A DNA stretch of 58,124 bases, counting the filler, from Asterionella formosa (Eukaryota), in the NCBI GenBank assembly GCA_002256025.1. It is 4 parts of 4 records of this genome, joined end to end, with 100 filler letters (N's around TTAATTAATTAA, not from the genome) between each part and the next. Parts side by side here need not be neighbours in the genome. Positions count along the whole stretch, not along the records: positions 14,574 to 29,047 come from NKIB01005971.1; positions 29,148 to 43,598 come from NKIB01005972.1; 2 more parts are not named here. One strand, given 5' to 3'. Positions 22,761 to 34,955 of the stretch are shown here, piece by piece. Within the stretch, counting starts at the first letter, position 1. The number at the start of each line of letters is the position of its first letter. The notes under the pieces are model-generated. The model saw only the letters and a program-made list of their open reading frames with translations. It was not told where the DNA came from and ran no database searches. Both the position numbers and the translations under genes were made by a program.

Positions 22761-25700
22761 TGACAGTTGGATGTAATATTACACAAACAAATTAGGTCGA
22801 TGAACCAATAGGTGCAACGTATCGTCGTTTCATCAGGTGCAACAAGCCATAGGACGGATTTCAAAAAGGAACAAAATTGATGATTTATTGCATTTTTCAT
22901 GTGACCATCACATTTTGATTTTTTACACTTCCTGTCATGCATGATGATTGACAAAATCTAGGATGATTTGGGTTACTAGGGTTAACAGTTAACAGCATTC
23001 CACCAATGCCTGTACACATCAGTATTATGCAGAGAAAATATTTCAGGTGAAGAAATAAAAGAATGATTGAATGATCAAGAACAGATCTTTATCATTACTT
23101 GGTTATCTATATGAAAGTTTGGACAAAAGATCCAAGATCTAACTGATCTGAAATAAGTGGAGTTGAATCAATTGTAAATCGATTTCTAGTTTAATAAGCT
23201 CACAATAAAATAAGGAAGCAAAAAATTGCTGTCTACATTTGACTTGTCTACAAAGAAGACTACAGCACATAGTGTGTACAAACGTGTACTACTACTGGTG
23301 TAAGGAATTTAACAATGATCACACGCAGCCAAAGCCATGTGATAGAATTCCTAATATTACTCAATAATATTTGCTAGTTCTTGCTGGTTTGTTTAACTGA
23401 TTTCAGTCTCTCTTTGAGGTCCAATGAAAAATCTCTATATGTTATCTTTTCTTTTTTATGTACATCGATGAATAGTACTTTCACTCCTGAACAAAAGGGG
23501 ATGGATATTAAAGCAGAAAAGAATTGAATTTGAACTACAAACATTGTCAATAGAATCTTATAGTACATTAAAGCTATCCAATAATCGCACTCATGCCCAA
23601 ATAAATGGACAAAATTAGTACTGGTTTTATTCATCCGTGCCGTACAATGGGACCTGTCTCCTCGTCAGCTACACACCCCGGAACCTTATTTGGCCACCAT
23701 TTCATCGTCATAAAGTGATTGGGGAATACCTCTTTGCATTATACTCATAAACAGAATGTAGTACTTTACAGTGGCTGTACAAAACCTTTTGGCACCATTC
23801 TTCCCTGCAATTTTGCCATTTAAAACAGCAATCCAAGCAATTCATCTAAGTAGAACACCTATAACTTTGATTTACGATAAACAAAATAGTAACTTCAAGA
23901 ACTCCGAAGAGAACAATAATTCAAACAAGCAGCCCAACTGGAAGGCAGTCGACTTCAAGTAAATTCGAAATGATGAAAGGGTTGGATTACTATTTGATGC
24001 ATTGCTCAACTGCCTCCTGTAACAAATCACTAATTTTCGAAATAGTTTTTAATTCATTGTGACAAGCAAGAAATTTTCAGGTGCTGGAGCATTTTCGACA
24101 TCAATATCAACAAATTCAGATGGAATTGCAACATCATGAAGTGCGCCATAAACAAACCTAACAAATTGGAGGAGCTCAGATGACATCACTTCAACTTTTG
24201 CTGCCCCCTCAAGTATGCAATCGCCTTCAACACAGTATGAGTACTCTGGATCGCCTTCAGAATGATCTTGAAGTGCTTTTCACGAGCATACAGCTCAGTT
24301 GTAGTATCAGCATCAACGACAAGCATGGGACCTGTGACTGCAAGCAACCTCTGATTTTCTTGAGCTTCTCCACCGATCTATATTTCTTTGAAGTCAGTCA
24401 ACTTTTCAATCTTCACATGATGATATCTGACATACAATGGGTGAGAAACGACAGTGCCATTGCCAATTGACAATTTTTATTTTCGCGCCATCACGCACAG
24501 TTAATATTGAGATAACTCTGGCAGACAGGCTTCGCATTTATCTGAATTCATTTTAACCCTAGAACCATATTATCATGCATGCTTCGATAAACCTAAAGTA
24601 CTGTTGATATAGATTTTTCAGAAAGTAAATAGTCGATGAATTGAACAAGGGGCAACGGATTGAAAATACAGACTGAATTCAACCTAGCCAGAAAAAGTCC
24701 GTTAGGGTACTCAGAGAGTCTACGTATATCTATGTCTTTTCTATGTACTAGCTAGTTAAGGTTCCTGTGTTTGTAATCCTAGCTAAACATCAAAACACTG
24801 TTTAGGGTTGCCGAATTCCTTGGCATTAGGAATTTTTATAGAATAATTTTGAATAACAAGCAATGCATGATTCCGTTGAAATATTTGAATCTGTGAAAAT
24901 CGTTGTATTTATAGCCAAATAGATACCTTCTCGAATTCGCTAAATTGATATAGTACTGGCGATATATACATTCTGCATTGCTCAATTATATAGGTATACT
25001 TTATGCTACAATCAACAATTGTCAGCCAAAAAACGTTTTGATTTTGATCTGAATTGCTATTTATTGTAATGATTTGCAATCATAGCCAACACCTCGAAAC
25101 AGCTCTGGCAGTAGAAATGACGGGCTTACCTTCTCCACCATGCATCTTTGCCTTCATACGGATTTTTCTCTATCCCAAATCTGCCAATAAAATGAATGTA
25201 GTAGGCAGCAAGGCATGTTGGTATTGCATGCTGCAAAGATTATTGTTTCTGTTGCTTGAAAATGAAGAAGCAATGGATGTATACTACCAGCCAGGTGCTC
25301 CCTATGGAAAAATGGTTGCATCAATTATTGGAACACTCAGTGCCATGCAGCTTATTTTAGGGCGGATTACGTTGACAACCTACCAATTTTCTACATGAGG
25401 GTCAGCTTACTCGAAAAAATGCGTTTTTAATGAGTTACATAGACGTGAGGAGTATAAACTTGCAATCGCTACTTAAATAATTAGCATTTAAATAAATTAT
25501 TCGAAATCAATTTAACATTCATATATTCATATGGTACATGTGCATATATCATGCGTTTTTACATCGGCTGGTCACTCAAATATTTTCTGGAAACCGAATA
25601 AGAAGGCATGCATGTCACTATCAATATTACTAAATGACTAGAATCACAGTCAGCCATTCTGTATACTTTCTAAGATTGTTATATTTACATTTACATTGCA

Positions 25701-26628
25701 GCCAGATATTTTATGGTTCCGAGTGATCAAAACAATCAAGCATAGCTACCATCACATTCTTCTTTTGCATCATCGCCACTTTTGGGGTTGCGCATTCCCT
25801 AATTGAACGCAAATTGCCGTTCTTTTCGCGTAGAGAATAGATTGTTGGAAGAAAAATTGTGGGGGGTGGTCATACATCTGCATTTCGCTCAAGATGGCTA
25901 TCAGTGAAAATCGAAAAATCCCAAAAACGCTTTTTTGAAATGTAGTTGCCAATTTTAAATTCACTAGAAATATGCATATTATGCATAGATCTGTGGCTAC
26001 AAGCAAGGCGCACATTAGGGCAATTGAGCTCTTGAAAATCTTATAAGTCAAAATGGCCCCAGAGAAATTTTAAGAATTGATGTGATAGGACTATTTTCGC
26101 TCAGAGGGAGTTCAAGGTACCATATGGTCTTACTAGGCCATGTATGCTGGAAAGCAATCCTGCAAAATTATGATTGATGACAGTCAATGAATTTGAGTAT
26201 AATTTGTTTTGCATACAGCAGGCTAAGAAGGTATGATTAAGGAATTACTTAAAATTTAAGTATTTCCCATATGTGCTGATGATGACGTTTGCGAAAAGAT
26301 ACACCAGATTTGCTAACTTTCATAATAATGACTTTAACAGGAGGTACTCCCTCAACAACTTTAGGTATGAGACCTTACTCACATGAACCAACACCTCAAG
26401 TAATGGTTTCTAGTTAATGTCATTTTTCAGAAAGTGAAAATTATATGCTTGGATATTGAGGAGTGATTTTCCCTTTGCATAGAAAGGCTAGGACAAAAAC
26501 TATTTATTTAGCCAGTGCTGCTATGTAGGAATGTTTGATAATTTTTGCAGCGCTGTATTTCCCTGGCATCCGGCGAATCCTATCCACCATGACAAAAGTC
26601 CTCCATGATGTCAGGATGCGTGGAACAG

Positions 26629-26810
26629 TAGTACCTGGTACCTGGCCAACATACATAACGTACTGCATATATTTCAATGTGATGCTCAATTCAAACATCA
26701 AGTACCAGGTACCACCAGGGCGGTACGACCAGATACCGGTACAAACCGCATGTAGTACTGGTACTCTGCTGATGCATACAAAGCTAATATGCAACAAGCT
26801 ACCGGTAATC
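26629..26810. repeat. Cluster of TACC(A/T)GGTA/TACCGGTA/TACTGGTA units
   Basis: Five or more units 310-500 bp upstream of the HA-domain gene. Confidence 0.8.
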
Positions 26811-27123
26811 ATAGAGGAGCATGCTGTCAACTCATCATGGTGTGTCACAGGCACATCAGCGCCTCTTTCATCTCCATGTTCTGAACAAGTCCTCATCGAC
26901 GACAAGCTTTCACAAACAAGCAAAATAAGAGCTTTCGTTGTCCTTAGTTGTGTCTGACCATCAATACTAAACAAGACTATATTAGTATTAGTCACTGCAG
27001 ATATCGACCGTATATTGTTGCAGGTATATACGGGTACTAGATGCTAGACTACCGGTATACTTACTGTACTCTACTATTATACTATATGCATACGGAGTAG
27101 ACTGTCAAGGCCACTCTGATTCC

Positions 27124-28335
27124 ATGTCACGCTTGCAATCGCCAATAAGTACCACTGATGATGACCCAGCCAGGAAGAAGCAAAAGCTGACGGACCACGA
27201 AGGAGGAGAACAAGATGAAGAAGCAACCAATCAGCAAGACATTGCCGAAGCTATTGTAGCTGCTGCATCTGCTGCTGCGACGGCAGCAGTGGACGCTGGG
27301 GTTACAATCGTCAATCTGACAGAAGCGGACTCGAACTCTTGCAACAACAACTACAATCTGAACAATAACGATGACAGCACTCCTGCGTTTGAACTTGACG
27401 AACCGACCATGGACACTAGTGCTGGCGCAGCAGTGGCTCCCACAACATCATATGGCCACGACTACTCGATGGAAGCACCTGCAGATGCTGCAACCGCAGC
27501 ACTCGTCGCAACTTCCGCTGTCGTTGTTGCTCCAGAACCTCCCTTTAGCCCACGCATACCTCCTCCAAACTACGTCCCTGGCATTCAACCCTCCACCAAA
27601 CACGACGAAAAGTGGAACGACATGTTTTACAAACTGCAAGACTATAAACAAGAACACGGAAACTCATTGGTCCCGCAGAATTTCAAGCCAGATATCAAAT
27701 TAGGCCGCTGGGTACATTACCAACGTGTCGAATTTTGGTTATACCAACAACGTGGCCAAGGAAAAATAACGTCCTCGCGTATCAAGGTTCTGGAAGACGC
27801 TGGCTTTGAATGGGATCCGCAACGAGCTCAGTGGAATGCTCTGTATGAGCGATTGGCGGCCTTTAAGCGCATGCATGCACATTGTCAAGTGCCCAAAGGA
27901 TTCAAGCAAGACAAGGAATTGGCTAATTGGGTACGTAATCAGCGGCTAGAGTATACAAATAAGTTGAGAGGGAAAAAGAATCGCATGACAGAGGATCGAC
28001 AAGTAAGGCTGGAAGCATTGGGGTTCAAGTGGTCTGTGGCAGTGTTAGGCTTGGGCACGGAGGAAGAACAACTGGGTGATATAGTTGCGGAGGGGTCCAT
28101 GACAATGTCAGAACAAGTCATTAAATCAGAAGCCGAAGTCCTGCATTCTCCAGACAAATCATCTGCTTCTGGCGAGCCCTCTGTCGATGTCACTGATGCT
28201 GGCGTAGTCGGAATAAAACTGAACGAGACAGACCTGAATCCCACAGAGGCGTCGACTCCCACTGTCATGGTCATTGACGCTGTCATTGTGAAGGAGGAGG
28301 GGCAAAGTCCTGTGAAACACGAAACCGAGCTGTAA
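27124..28335 (+). CDS. Helicase-associated (HA) domain protein with two HA repeats
   Basis: KWNDMFYKLQDYKQEHGNSLVP...LGRWVHYQR...LEDAGFEW and QWNALYERL..FKRMHAHCQVP...LANWVRNQR...LEALGFKW; NLS-like RKKQK. Confidence 0.9.
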   Translation: MSRLQSPISTTDDDPARKKQKLTDHEGGEQDEEATNQQDIAEAIVAAASAAATAAVDAGVTIVNLTEADSNSCNNNYNLNNNDDSTPAFELDEPTMDTSAGAAVAPTTSYGHDYSMEAPADAATAALVATSAVVVAPEPPFSPRIPPPNYVPGIQPSTKHDEKWNDMFYKLQDYKQEHGNSLVPQNFKPDIKLGRWVHYQRVEFWLYQQRGQGKITSSRIKVLEDAGFEWDPQRAQWNALYERLAAFKRMHAHCQVPKGFKQDKELANWVRNQRLEYTNKLRGKKNRMTEDRQVRLEALGFKWSVAVLGLGTEEEQLGDIVAEGSMTMSEQVIKSEAEVLHSPDKSSASGEPSVDVTDAGVVGIKLNETDLNPTEASTPTVMVIDAVIVKEEGQSPVKHETEL

Positions 28336-29047
28336 CTTTTTCTCTCACATTACATTTTTACACGACAGCCAAAACTAAAGTATATATAGCACAACCACAA
28401 AAGGCATGATACCAATTAGCAATTGATCCATACGTAGACTTATAGCTTGGATGATTACATGAACATCTCAGACTCGATGAGCAACATCACCACCATTATA
28501 TTATCACTTGTAGTGGAGGAACTAGAATGATTTTCATGCAGTCCCATCTCAAGCAAAAGCTGATTGCAGACAAATATTTTTCCACTTCAATTATTGTGCA
28601 AGTAATCAATCTTCTGCTCATTCTACCAGAATCCTCCTATTGAAGTCAAGTCACATGATATGGTGACAATATTCACCAGACCAGACTCCTGAAAGAATTT
28701 CACAATAACTTTGTTTGCAGCTAGAATTCTGACTACCACTAACCAAAATTGCCTTGTTGGAAGAAATATTTGCCACAATAACTATGCTTACATTTCTGTA
28801 GGGATACTCACCAGTTCGTTATATTTGCAGCATTGTCAAGTAAAAACAACTTGAGGAATATAGAAAAACTCAAATGATCATCCCATACAGCTGATAGTAC
28901 ATAATGCAACAAAGGCACTTTGGATTGAATGCCTTTGATCAGAGTGATTGATGAGGGAGATTCTGTGGATATTGTCCAATTTTCAACAAACACATAACCA
29001 TCAAGGAATGTGATTTGTAAGACCAATGCTGACAAGACCATGATCAA

Positions 29048-29147
29048 NNNNNNNNNNNNNNNNNNNNNNNNNNNNNNNNNNNNNNNNNNNNTTAATTAAT
29101 TAANNNNNNNNNNNNNNNNNNNNNNNNNNNNNNNNNNNNNNNNNNNN
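29048..29147. other. Artificial scaffold linker
   Basis: 100-bp N/TTAATTAATTAA/N spacer. Confidence 0.97.
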
Positions 29148-29756
29148 CGCTTCTTTCAGGAGCGCAAAGATATCACACAAAATCGCGCGACAAACCATCT
29201 TGCCGACATCATCTGCATCACATTTCGCGACCAGAAGAATGGGGAGAAGGACGAAACGATCACATTGAGTCGTAGTACCACAGACCCAATCATGTGTCCT
29301 GTCCGTCAAGGCGCTTGTATTGTCAATCGCATCCTCGCCATCCCTGGACAAACCGCAGATTCCACAATAAACACCTACCAGTCCGGGAACCACACATACA
29401 TACTAAAATCCGAGACCGCCATCAAGCGTGTTCGAAAAGTTGCGACGGCACTCCTCGGAAGTGATCAACTAGGACATGATCCACTTGACATAGGACTACA
29501 CTCCATACGCAGCGCTGCAGCAATAGCGATGATTCTATCAGGAGTGCCAAACTACATGGTCATGCTAATTGGTCGCTGGAAATCGGACGCATTTCTAATT
29601 TACATCCGTAAGCAAGTGGGGGAATTTACGAAGTCAGTTAGCCAAAAGATGATCACGACAACGACATTCTTCCATCCGCCGGCAAATACAATAGCATTCA
29701 CACCTCGATCGACAATGGCAGGGCGAGACGCGCATGCCACGGCTCATCTAACATAA
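29148..29756 (+). mobile_element. C-terminal part of a tyrosine recombinase (DIRS/Ngaro-type retroelement or Crypton), 5' cut by scaffold end
   Basis: Frame is open from 29148: ITFRDQKNG, MCPVR, catalytic HSIR and IGRWKSDAFLIY. Confidence 0.85.
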
Positions 29757-30245
29757 TTCGTCGTGACTAGAAAGTGGATCGGCAAAGTGCAACTCGACTG
29801 CCACAGAACCCGGAGATTGGATCCGCATTTTGAACCCGGATTTGGGAAAGGGACACGTTTACTTAGCACCGAATTCAAAAACCATTTATGCTACTTCTAC
29901 TTAGTATTTCTGGCTCGCTATTCTAGTATTTGATGGGTCGATTTTATATATTGCAGCTAAGTACCCACAAAGCTAGTACTACACAGACTACATATCATGG
30001 AGAAAGACGAAACGGACGAGACGGTAATTGTGTCGAAGTTACTTCGTGAAGTAAAAACCGCCCTTTCTTGGACCTCCTAGCAGTCAAAAACTGGCAGGAA
30101 GAATGATCTAGTCTACCAGTATCATATGATGATGGGATACCCTTATTTTACATACATATGCAACAGCCATAATAGCTTGACCGAAGTGCAACTAGGACTT
30201 AAGCTTAATGGAGCCTTTTAAACCTGGTAGACTACTACACCCTGG

Positions 30246-30612
30246 GGGAATGGCTCAATTGGATGGGCACATTGCCTTTGATTTGAAATTATGTGGTTCG
30301 ATTCCTGCAATTCCTTGAGAAGCAATTGTTGGGTTTGACTCCCACACGCCTCGCCATCCTGCATGGTCTTGCCTGGTGGTGTGCAAGGAAAAGTGGGGTG
30401 CCACCTGACAAGCAGTGTGCTGCCTTCCTATTAGGTGGTCGGAGTTCCCCTAAAGCTGTGACTAAGATGATCACCTTTTGCGAAAGATGGTTGGGGACTC
30501 ACCTACACTAACAAAGCTAGGAAAGTACATGGTTTTGTCAGCAGGCCGTGTTATGAAATTTTTATGTGTAACTTCGTGGTCTTAGAAAGTGCGTTATAAG
30601 TGAGTTTCGATT
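30246..30612 (+). mobile_element. tRNA-derived SINE, copy 1
   Basis: GGGGAATGGCTCAATTGG (A box) and GGTTCGATTCC (B box). Body aligns to the reverse complement of 39690-39987. Flanked by TACTACACCCTGG (30233) / TACTAAACCCTGG (30613). Confidence 0.8.
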
Positions 30613-30650
30613 TACTAAACCCTGGTACTATACTAGTGTTATTGCTTCTC

Positions 30651-30762
30651 GTTCTTGTTGTTGTTGTTATTGTTGTCATTGTTGTTATTGTTATTATTGT
30701 TGTTATTGTTGTTATTGTTGTTATTATTGTTATTATTGTTATTATTGTAATTATTGTTATTG
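30651..30762. repeat. (TTG/TTA)n compound microsatellite
   Basis: About 37 trinucleotide units, directly visible. Confidence 0.97.
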
Positions 30763-30897
30763 CATATTTTTGAACTCTCACTGGGACAGCATTGCTTGAT
30801 GTGTCACGATTAATCAGAAGCAAGTGGCTGGCACAAGCCAGATTAGAATGTAACAATACTGGGACTGCAAAACAGAAAGCTGTTTATTTCATAAGCT

Positions 30898-31389
30898 ATG
30901 AAACAAAGCAGCTATGTAGCTATGGTTAAATGGTATGTTGATGCGGCGTTTGCAGTACACAAAGATTTTAAAAGTCACACAGGAGCTACAATGTCACTTG
31001 AGAACGGAATTATTTGTTCTATGTCTACGAAGCAGAAAGTGAACACTAGAAGTTCTACTGAAGCAGAATTGGCTGGTGTCAATGACATTATATCAAAGGT
31101 GTTGTAAACGAAATTATTTATTGAAGCACAAGGACATAAGGTGACTACGAATGTCATTTACCGTGACAACACTAGCGCAATGAAGCTAGAAGCAAATGGA
31201 AAAGCAAGTTCAGGAAAACGTATGCGACATTTCAACATCAAGCATTTTTATATTACTTATCTTATTGAAAGAAAGGAAGTACAGATTAAGTACTGTCCAT
31301 CGGATGCAATGTTAGCAGACTACATGACGAAACCGCTGGTTGGAACGAAATTTATTCCTTTTCGTCAGCAAATTATGAATTCAAAGTGA
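30898..31389 (+). pseudogene. Ty1/copia RNase H remnant
   Basis: WYVDAAFAVH..FKSHTG, SSTEAEL, DNTSA, RHFNIKHFY, LADYMTKPL. In-frame TAA at 31105. RT domain absent upstream. Confidence 0.92.
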
Positions 31390-31411
31390 GCATCCATGTC
31401 CAGCAGGAGTG

Positions 31412-31740
31412 TGTTGGAGAAATTATTTTAGGAAAGAAAATCCCGGTATAAATTACCTACTACATGTTGAATCGAATGAATCAAGAAAGAATATGGTACC
31501 AGAGAATTCGAAAACAATCTACGCCAATAGTAAAACCCATAATTCTATTAAAACTCTTAGGAACGATTACAATCGATTACGGACATCGTTGTTCATATCT
31601 ACAGCCTATTTGGTCCCTGACGTGTCCTTACAGGATACAAGAAAGCATAGAGTGCTTCGGGACGCAATTTCAACAGTTGTCACATTGTATGGGGCGATGC
31701 TATGTGATGCTGCGATTTCAATCTGATCTCTTTGCCAACA
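31412..31740 (+). mobile_element. 3' LTR of copia element (329 bp)
   Basis: TGTTGG...CCAACA inverted termini, preceded by purine-rich AGCAGGAGTG just after the RNase H stop. Confidence 0.8.
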
Positions 31741-32045
31741 ATACTTTCTCATTCCCATTTAGCCTAGTTTGATCAGTATGTAACTACAGTGCATTCTGCC
31801 AGAGTGCAAAGCTTCATCTCTAGGTATTTCAAAGTAACCCAACAATCATTTGGAAAAGTAATCCATTATTTGTTCCAGGTTTGTTTCGACTATTCCACTA
31901 TTAATTTCGTCCTACGTAGATTATCAGTGCTTGAGCTAGATGGGGTAGAGTACAACGGCACTAATATTTCTTAGAGCTTGCAGATCCTAGTGCACTCAAT
32001 GGGCCAGGTCCTATTTTACGCAGAGCTAGATATTCTCTGTGATGC

Positions 32046-34955
32046 TTATTCGACAAACGAGTTGACCGAATCTTCAATGATACCTTGAAGCTTGCCAAGA
32101 TCACGCAAATGTAGTGATAGGATGTGATCGTCGTAATCATGATCCACTAATGTCAAGTTTGACCTTGTTGGCAAAAGCCTGACTTGCTGAACATCTTCGT
32201 CACATCTGTTTCCGTAATGAATGGTTATTGTTGCCAATGTCGTACCAACTGCCTCAATGAGAGAAGTTTTAAATGATTCTCGACGAGATGACGAAAAGTC
32301 CGACCTAGTGATCGCCTCATAGCGGGTAATATCTACCTGGGGAGTAAATGCCAAGACATTGTGCGCAAGTTTTGAAAATCGCAATGCTGCAGCCGCTCCC
32401 ATGGAATCTCCTAAAAACATGATGCCCTTGTAATCTTTCAGTCGTCGAGCAAGCTCATTTTCGTAGTATTCTCCTCCATTCCATTGGCAGTGCGGGTCTT
32501 GACAGTACCACGAAAAGGCTGGATCAAGGACATGCAACACATCCACAATAGAACCCATATTCTTAAGCGATCCTGACCATTCAGGGCGAGCGATTCCTGA
32601 TCCCAAGCTACTAAACACCACCAAGACATTTTCGCAACCATTGTCAGTGAGAGAAAAGCGACCCGCACCGGCATGCCACCACGATGTAAACGCTTCTTCC
32701 AATGCATCAGGTGTCACTATCGACGTTGCAGTGGCTGCGTATGCTTTCAACAGTGCCATAACAAGGAGAATCCCATCTTGGTCGGCAGAGAATCCCAACT
32801 TACTCAGTAGAATGGAGTCTTCAAGGATTAGCTTTGCAGTCAAAGCATACAGCGCTCCAACGTCAGACATGTCGGCGGAAATCGAAGCAAAGTCCTCTTC
32901 TTCTTGAAATGGCTTGTAGTCCAAATATACGTCAGCTTCCCGTATTCTATTGGTCTTCCGTTTTTCTCGAGATGCCTCCAATATCGCTTGCTTTTGACGA
33001 TGAGACGATGGACACCGCAGTAAATCGAGAAATGACTCTGCAATATCATTCTTATCGTTCGACGCACAAAACGCCAATATGGCGGCCATATTCTTCGTTC
33101 GTTTCTTGTCCTCCACCACGTCCATTAAGATTAAGTCAAACCGATCCGTATAATGTGGATGACCATAGTCTCTTTCGATAGGACGATGTTCCTTACCCGT
33201 CACTAGTTGATAAAGTCGGTCCATCAAGACAGCATTAGTATCGTCGCCATTTGCCTTCTCGACAATACTAGCATTGCTAAACATGTGCTCTTCTACAAAC
33301 CAATCACGAGCAATTGTAAAGTACAACATTGGTCGCTCTGTCATGGATGCATTTGATAATCCACGATGCAACACCCGAACGTCAAAGATTACAGCAGTTC
33401 CGGCCGTGACATGCGCCCGAATTGCCAACGGATGTTGTGCTGAAGGATCTTCTTGCGATAATTGAATCACATCTCCCACAAGTTCTTCAAAGCAATCGTC
33501 ATCATGCGTCCCAGGAATAAACTCCGTGGTTCCATTTTCAGTCGTAACATCAATCAGCGGAATGAAAACATTGAAACAATGTGTATCATGATGTGCTGTT
33601 GTAAACAAACTTGGTCCATCGCGATGCCACAATTGTGCCTCTGGGATAGGGTCATTCTCTGATTCACGCGGAAATGAATGTACAACTCCTCCATGCAATA
33701 CTTTGTAAACGACTTTTCCATTTTTGTCTTTAGCAAGAAATCCTGGCAATGAGTCACATAGTTGCTGACTCAGCATAGCAATGGGTGAATTGGGATCATC
33801 AAGGATGTTAAATCGGTTGTCCACTCGATGACCAGGACGTTGACGAACTTGTGCAAAATCAAATTCATTGAGGCCATCAACTTTCAGGCCTCGGGGTTCC
33901 AGATGCTCTTTAATTAACGCGTGCAATGCCATTTTTGATTGATCTTGACACTGCTTCAACACATCCCCCTGAACAAAGTCATGGACGACCAGCATCCCAT
34001 AGGTACCAAAGATGCGCTGAGATGATTTTGTGTCATTGTGATGAATGAGAACAACGTCATTAAAAGAGGAGGTGGTCTTAACAGGAATGGGGACTCGTTG
34101 TGTGGATGACACATCACCCTTCGTTGAGTCTCTGGACAAGGCCCTCGTAGCTCTTTCCACAACTTGTCCATGTCGAGGCACAACAAGGCCTTTTTGAATG
34201 ATCCCCAGATCCAAAATGTCTTGCCAATACTGCAGCAAGTCACGACATGCTTGCTGAAGTGGTTCCGAGGTTGTGGTCGCTGCCATGCCTCGTTTGAGTA
34301 CGGAAATGACATTCGTTTGTTTCAACACGTTCTTCTTTGGATACGGCCACTGTGTTTTCAATAAGTGGACTGCCATTAGACCATCTTGCTCCTTTTGACC
34401 ACTGACTAGTGCTGCCTCTAGTGCATCAGCTTGTGTTTTGGTATCCCACAAGTGCACATTGCGTCTAAAGGTACTCCCATACATGGCTTCATGAATTCTT
34501 GTCACTTCAATAAAAATGAATTGTGCTCTCGGAACTACCAGAAGTCCGTCACAAACCTCATGTTCGTTCATCCAAAATATGGAATTGACATGTTCTCGTA
34601 ACAAGGTAATGAAATTTAAGTCCGCAATGACCCCTTCACTAGCCAACAAGAGCGATGCCCAGCGAGTGCCACTTAGCATATCCGCCGTCATGGCGGATAC
34701 ATCCAGCGTTCCAAAGTTACTACGAAAGCGTCGATACAATCGAATGTCTTGTTGCATATCCTTGGTCAGACACAGCTGAGTCGTATAGTGAGCAGTATCA
34801 TTGGCATTTTCGTTTCCCCATGTTGGATCCAATAATTGCGAATCTTTCCTAGCTGCGATTTGGAGTGTTTGGAAGTATTCCAAAGCAAAAATAGCTGTGG
34901 CGTTAGCGCCGAGGCGTTCAATTTCGGGATCGTTGGACACGTCAATTTCTGTCAT
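32046..34955 (-). CDS. Multidomain protein: PBDC1/Chp1-like + TFIIS-N-like + PhyH-family Fe(II)/2OG dioxygenase + alpha/beta hydrolase (969 aa)
   Basis: NDPEIE...YRRFRSNF...GVIADLNFITLLR...PRAQFIFIEVTR; LKQTNV...CRDLLQYW; QLWHRDG...ENGTTEFIPGTH...VLHRG...R; FLGDSMG...DDH. Confidence 0.8.
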   Translation of the reverse strand: MTEIDVSNDPEIERLGANATAIFALEYFQTLQIAARKDSQLLDPTWGNENANDTAHYTTQLCLTKDMQQDIRLYRRFRSNFGTLDVSAMTADMLSGTRWASLLLASEGVIADLNFITLLREHVNSIFWMNEHEVCDGLLVVPRAQFIFIEVTRIHEAMYGSTFRRNVHLWDTKTQADALEAALVSGQKEQDGLMAVHLLKTQWPYPKKNVLKQTNVISVLKRGMAATTTSEPLQQACRDLLQYWQDILDLGIIQKGLVVPRHGQVVERATRALSRDSTKGDVSSTQRVPIPVKTTSSFNDVVLIHHNDTKSSQRIFGTYGMLVVHDFVQGDVLKQCQDQSKMALHALIKEHLEPRGLKVDGLNEFDFAQVRQRPGHRVDNRFNILDDPNSPIAMLSQQLCDSLPGFLAKDKNGKVVYKVLHGGVVHSFPRESENDPIPEAQLWHRDGPSLFTTAHHDTHCFNVFIPLIDVTTENGTTEFIPGTHDDDCFEELVGDVIQLSQEDPSAQHPLAIRAHVTAGTAVIFDVRVLHRGLSNASMTERPMLYFTIARDWFVEEHMFSNASIVEKANGDDTNAVLMDRLYQLVTGKEHRPIERDYGHPHYTDRFDLILMDVVEDKKRTKNMAAILAFCASNDKNDIAESFLDLLRCPSSHRQKQAILEASREKRKTNRIREADVYLDYKPFQEEEDFASISADMSDVGALYALTAKLILEDSILLSKLGFSADQDGILLVMALLKAYAATATSIVTPDALEEAFTSWWHAGAGRFSLTDNGCENVLVVFSSLGSGIARPEWSGSLKNMGSIVDVLHVLDPAFSWYCQDPHCQWNGGEYYENELARRLKDYKGIMFLGDSMGAAAALRFSKLAHNVLAFTPQVDITRYEAITRSDFSSSRRESFKTSLIEAVGTTLATITIHYGNRCDEDVQQVRLLPTRSNLTLVDHDYDDHILSLHLRDLGKLQGIIEDSVNSFVE

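Noticed and set aside
23000..26500. Long intergenic tract with hints of decayed transposons (TAGGGTTGCC at about 24803, Cys/His-rich broken frame near 23750-23880)
   Set aside because: No matching second terminus or diagnostic domain could be established by eye.
30244..30315. Functional tRNA gene
   Set aside because: Anticodon arm does not pair cleanly, there is no T-run terminator, and it continues into a repeat body with TSDs; treated as a SINE head.
30551..30856. 101-aa Thr/Ile-rich ORF
   Set aside because: Translation of the TTG/TTA microsatellite.
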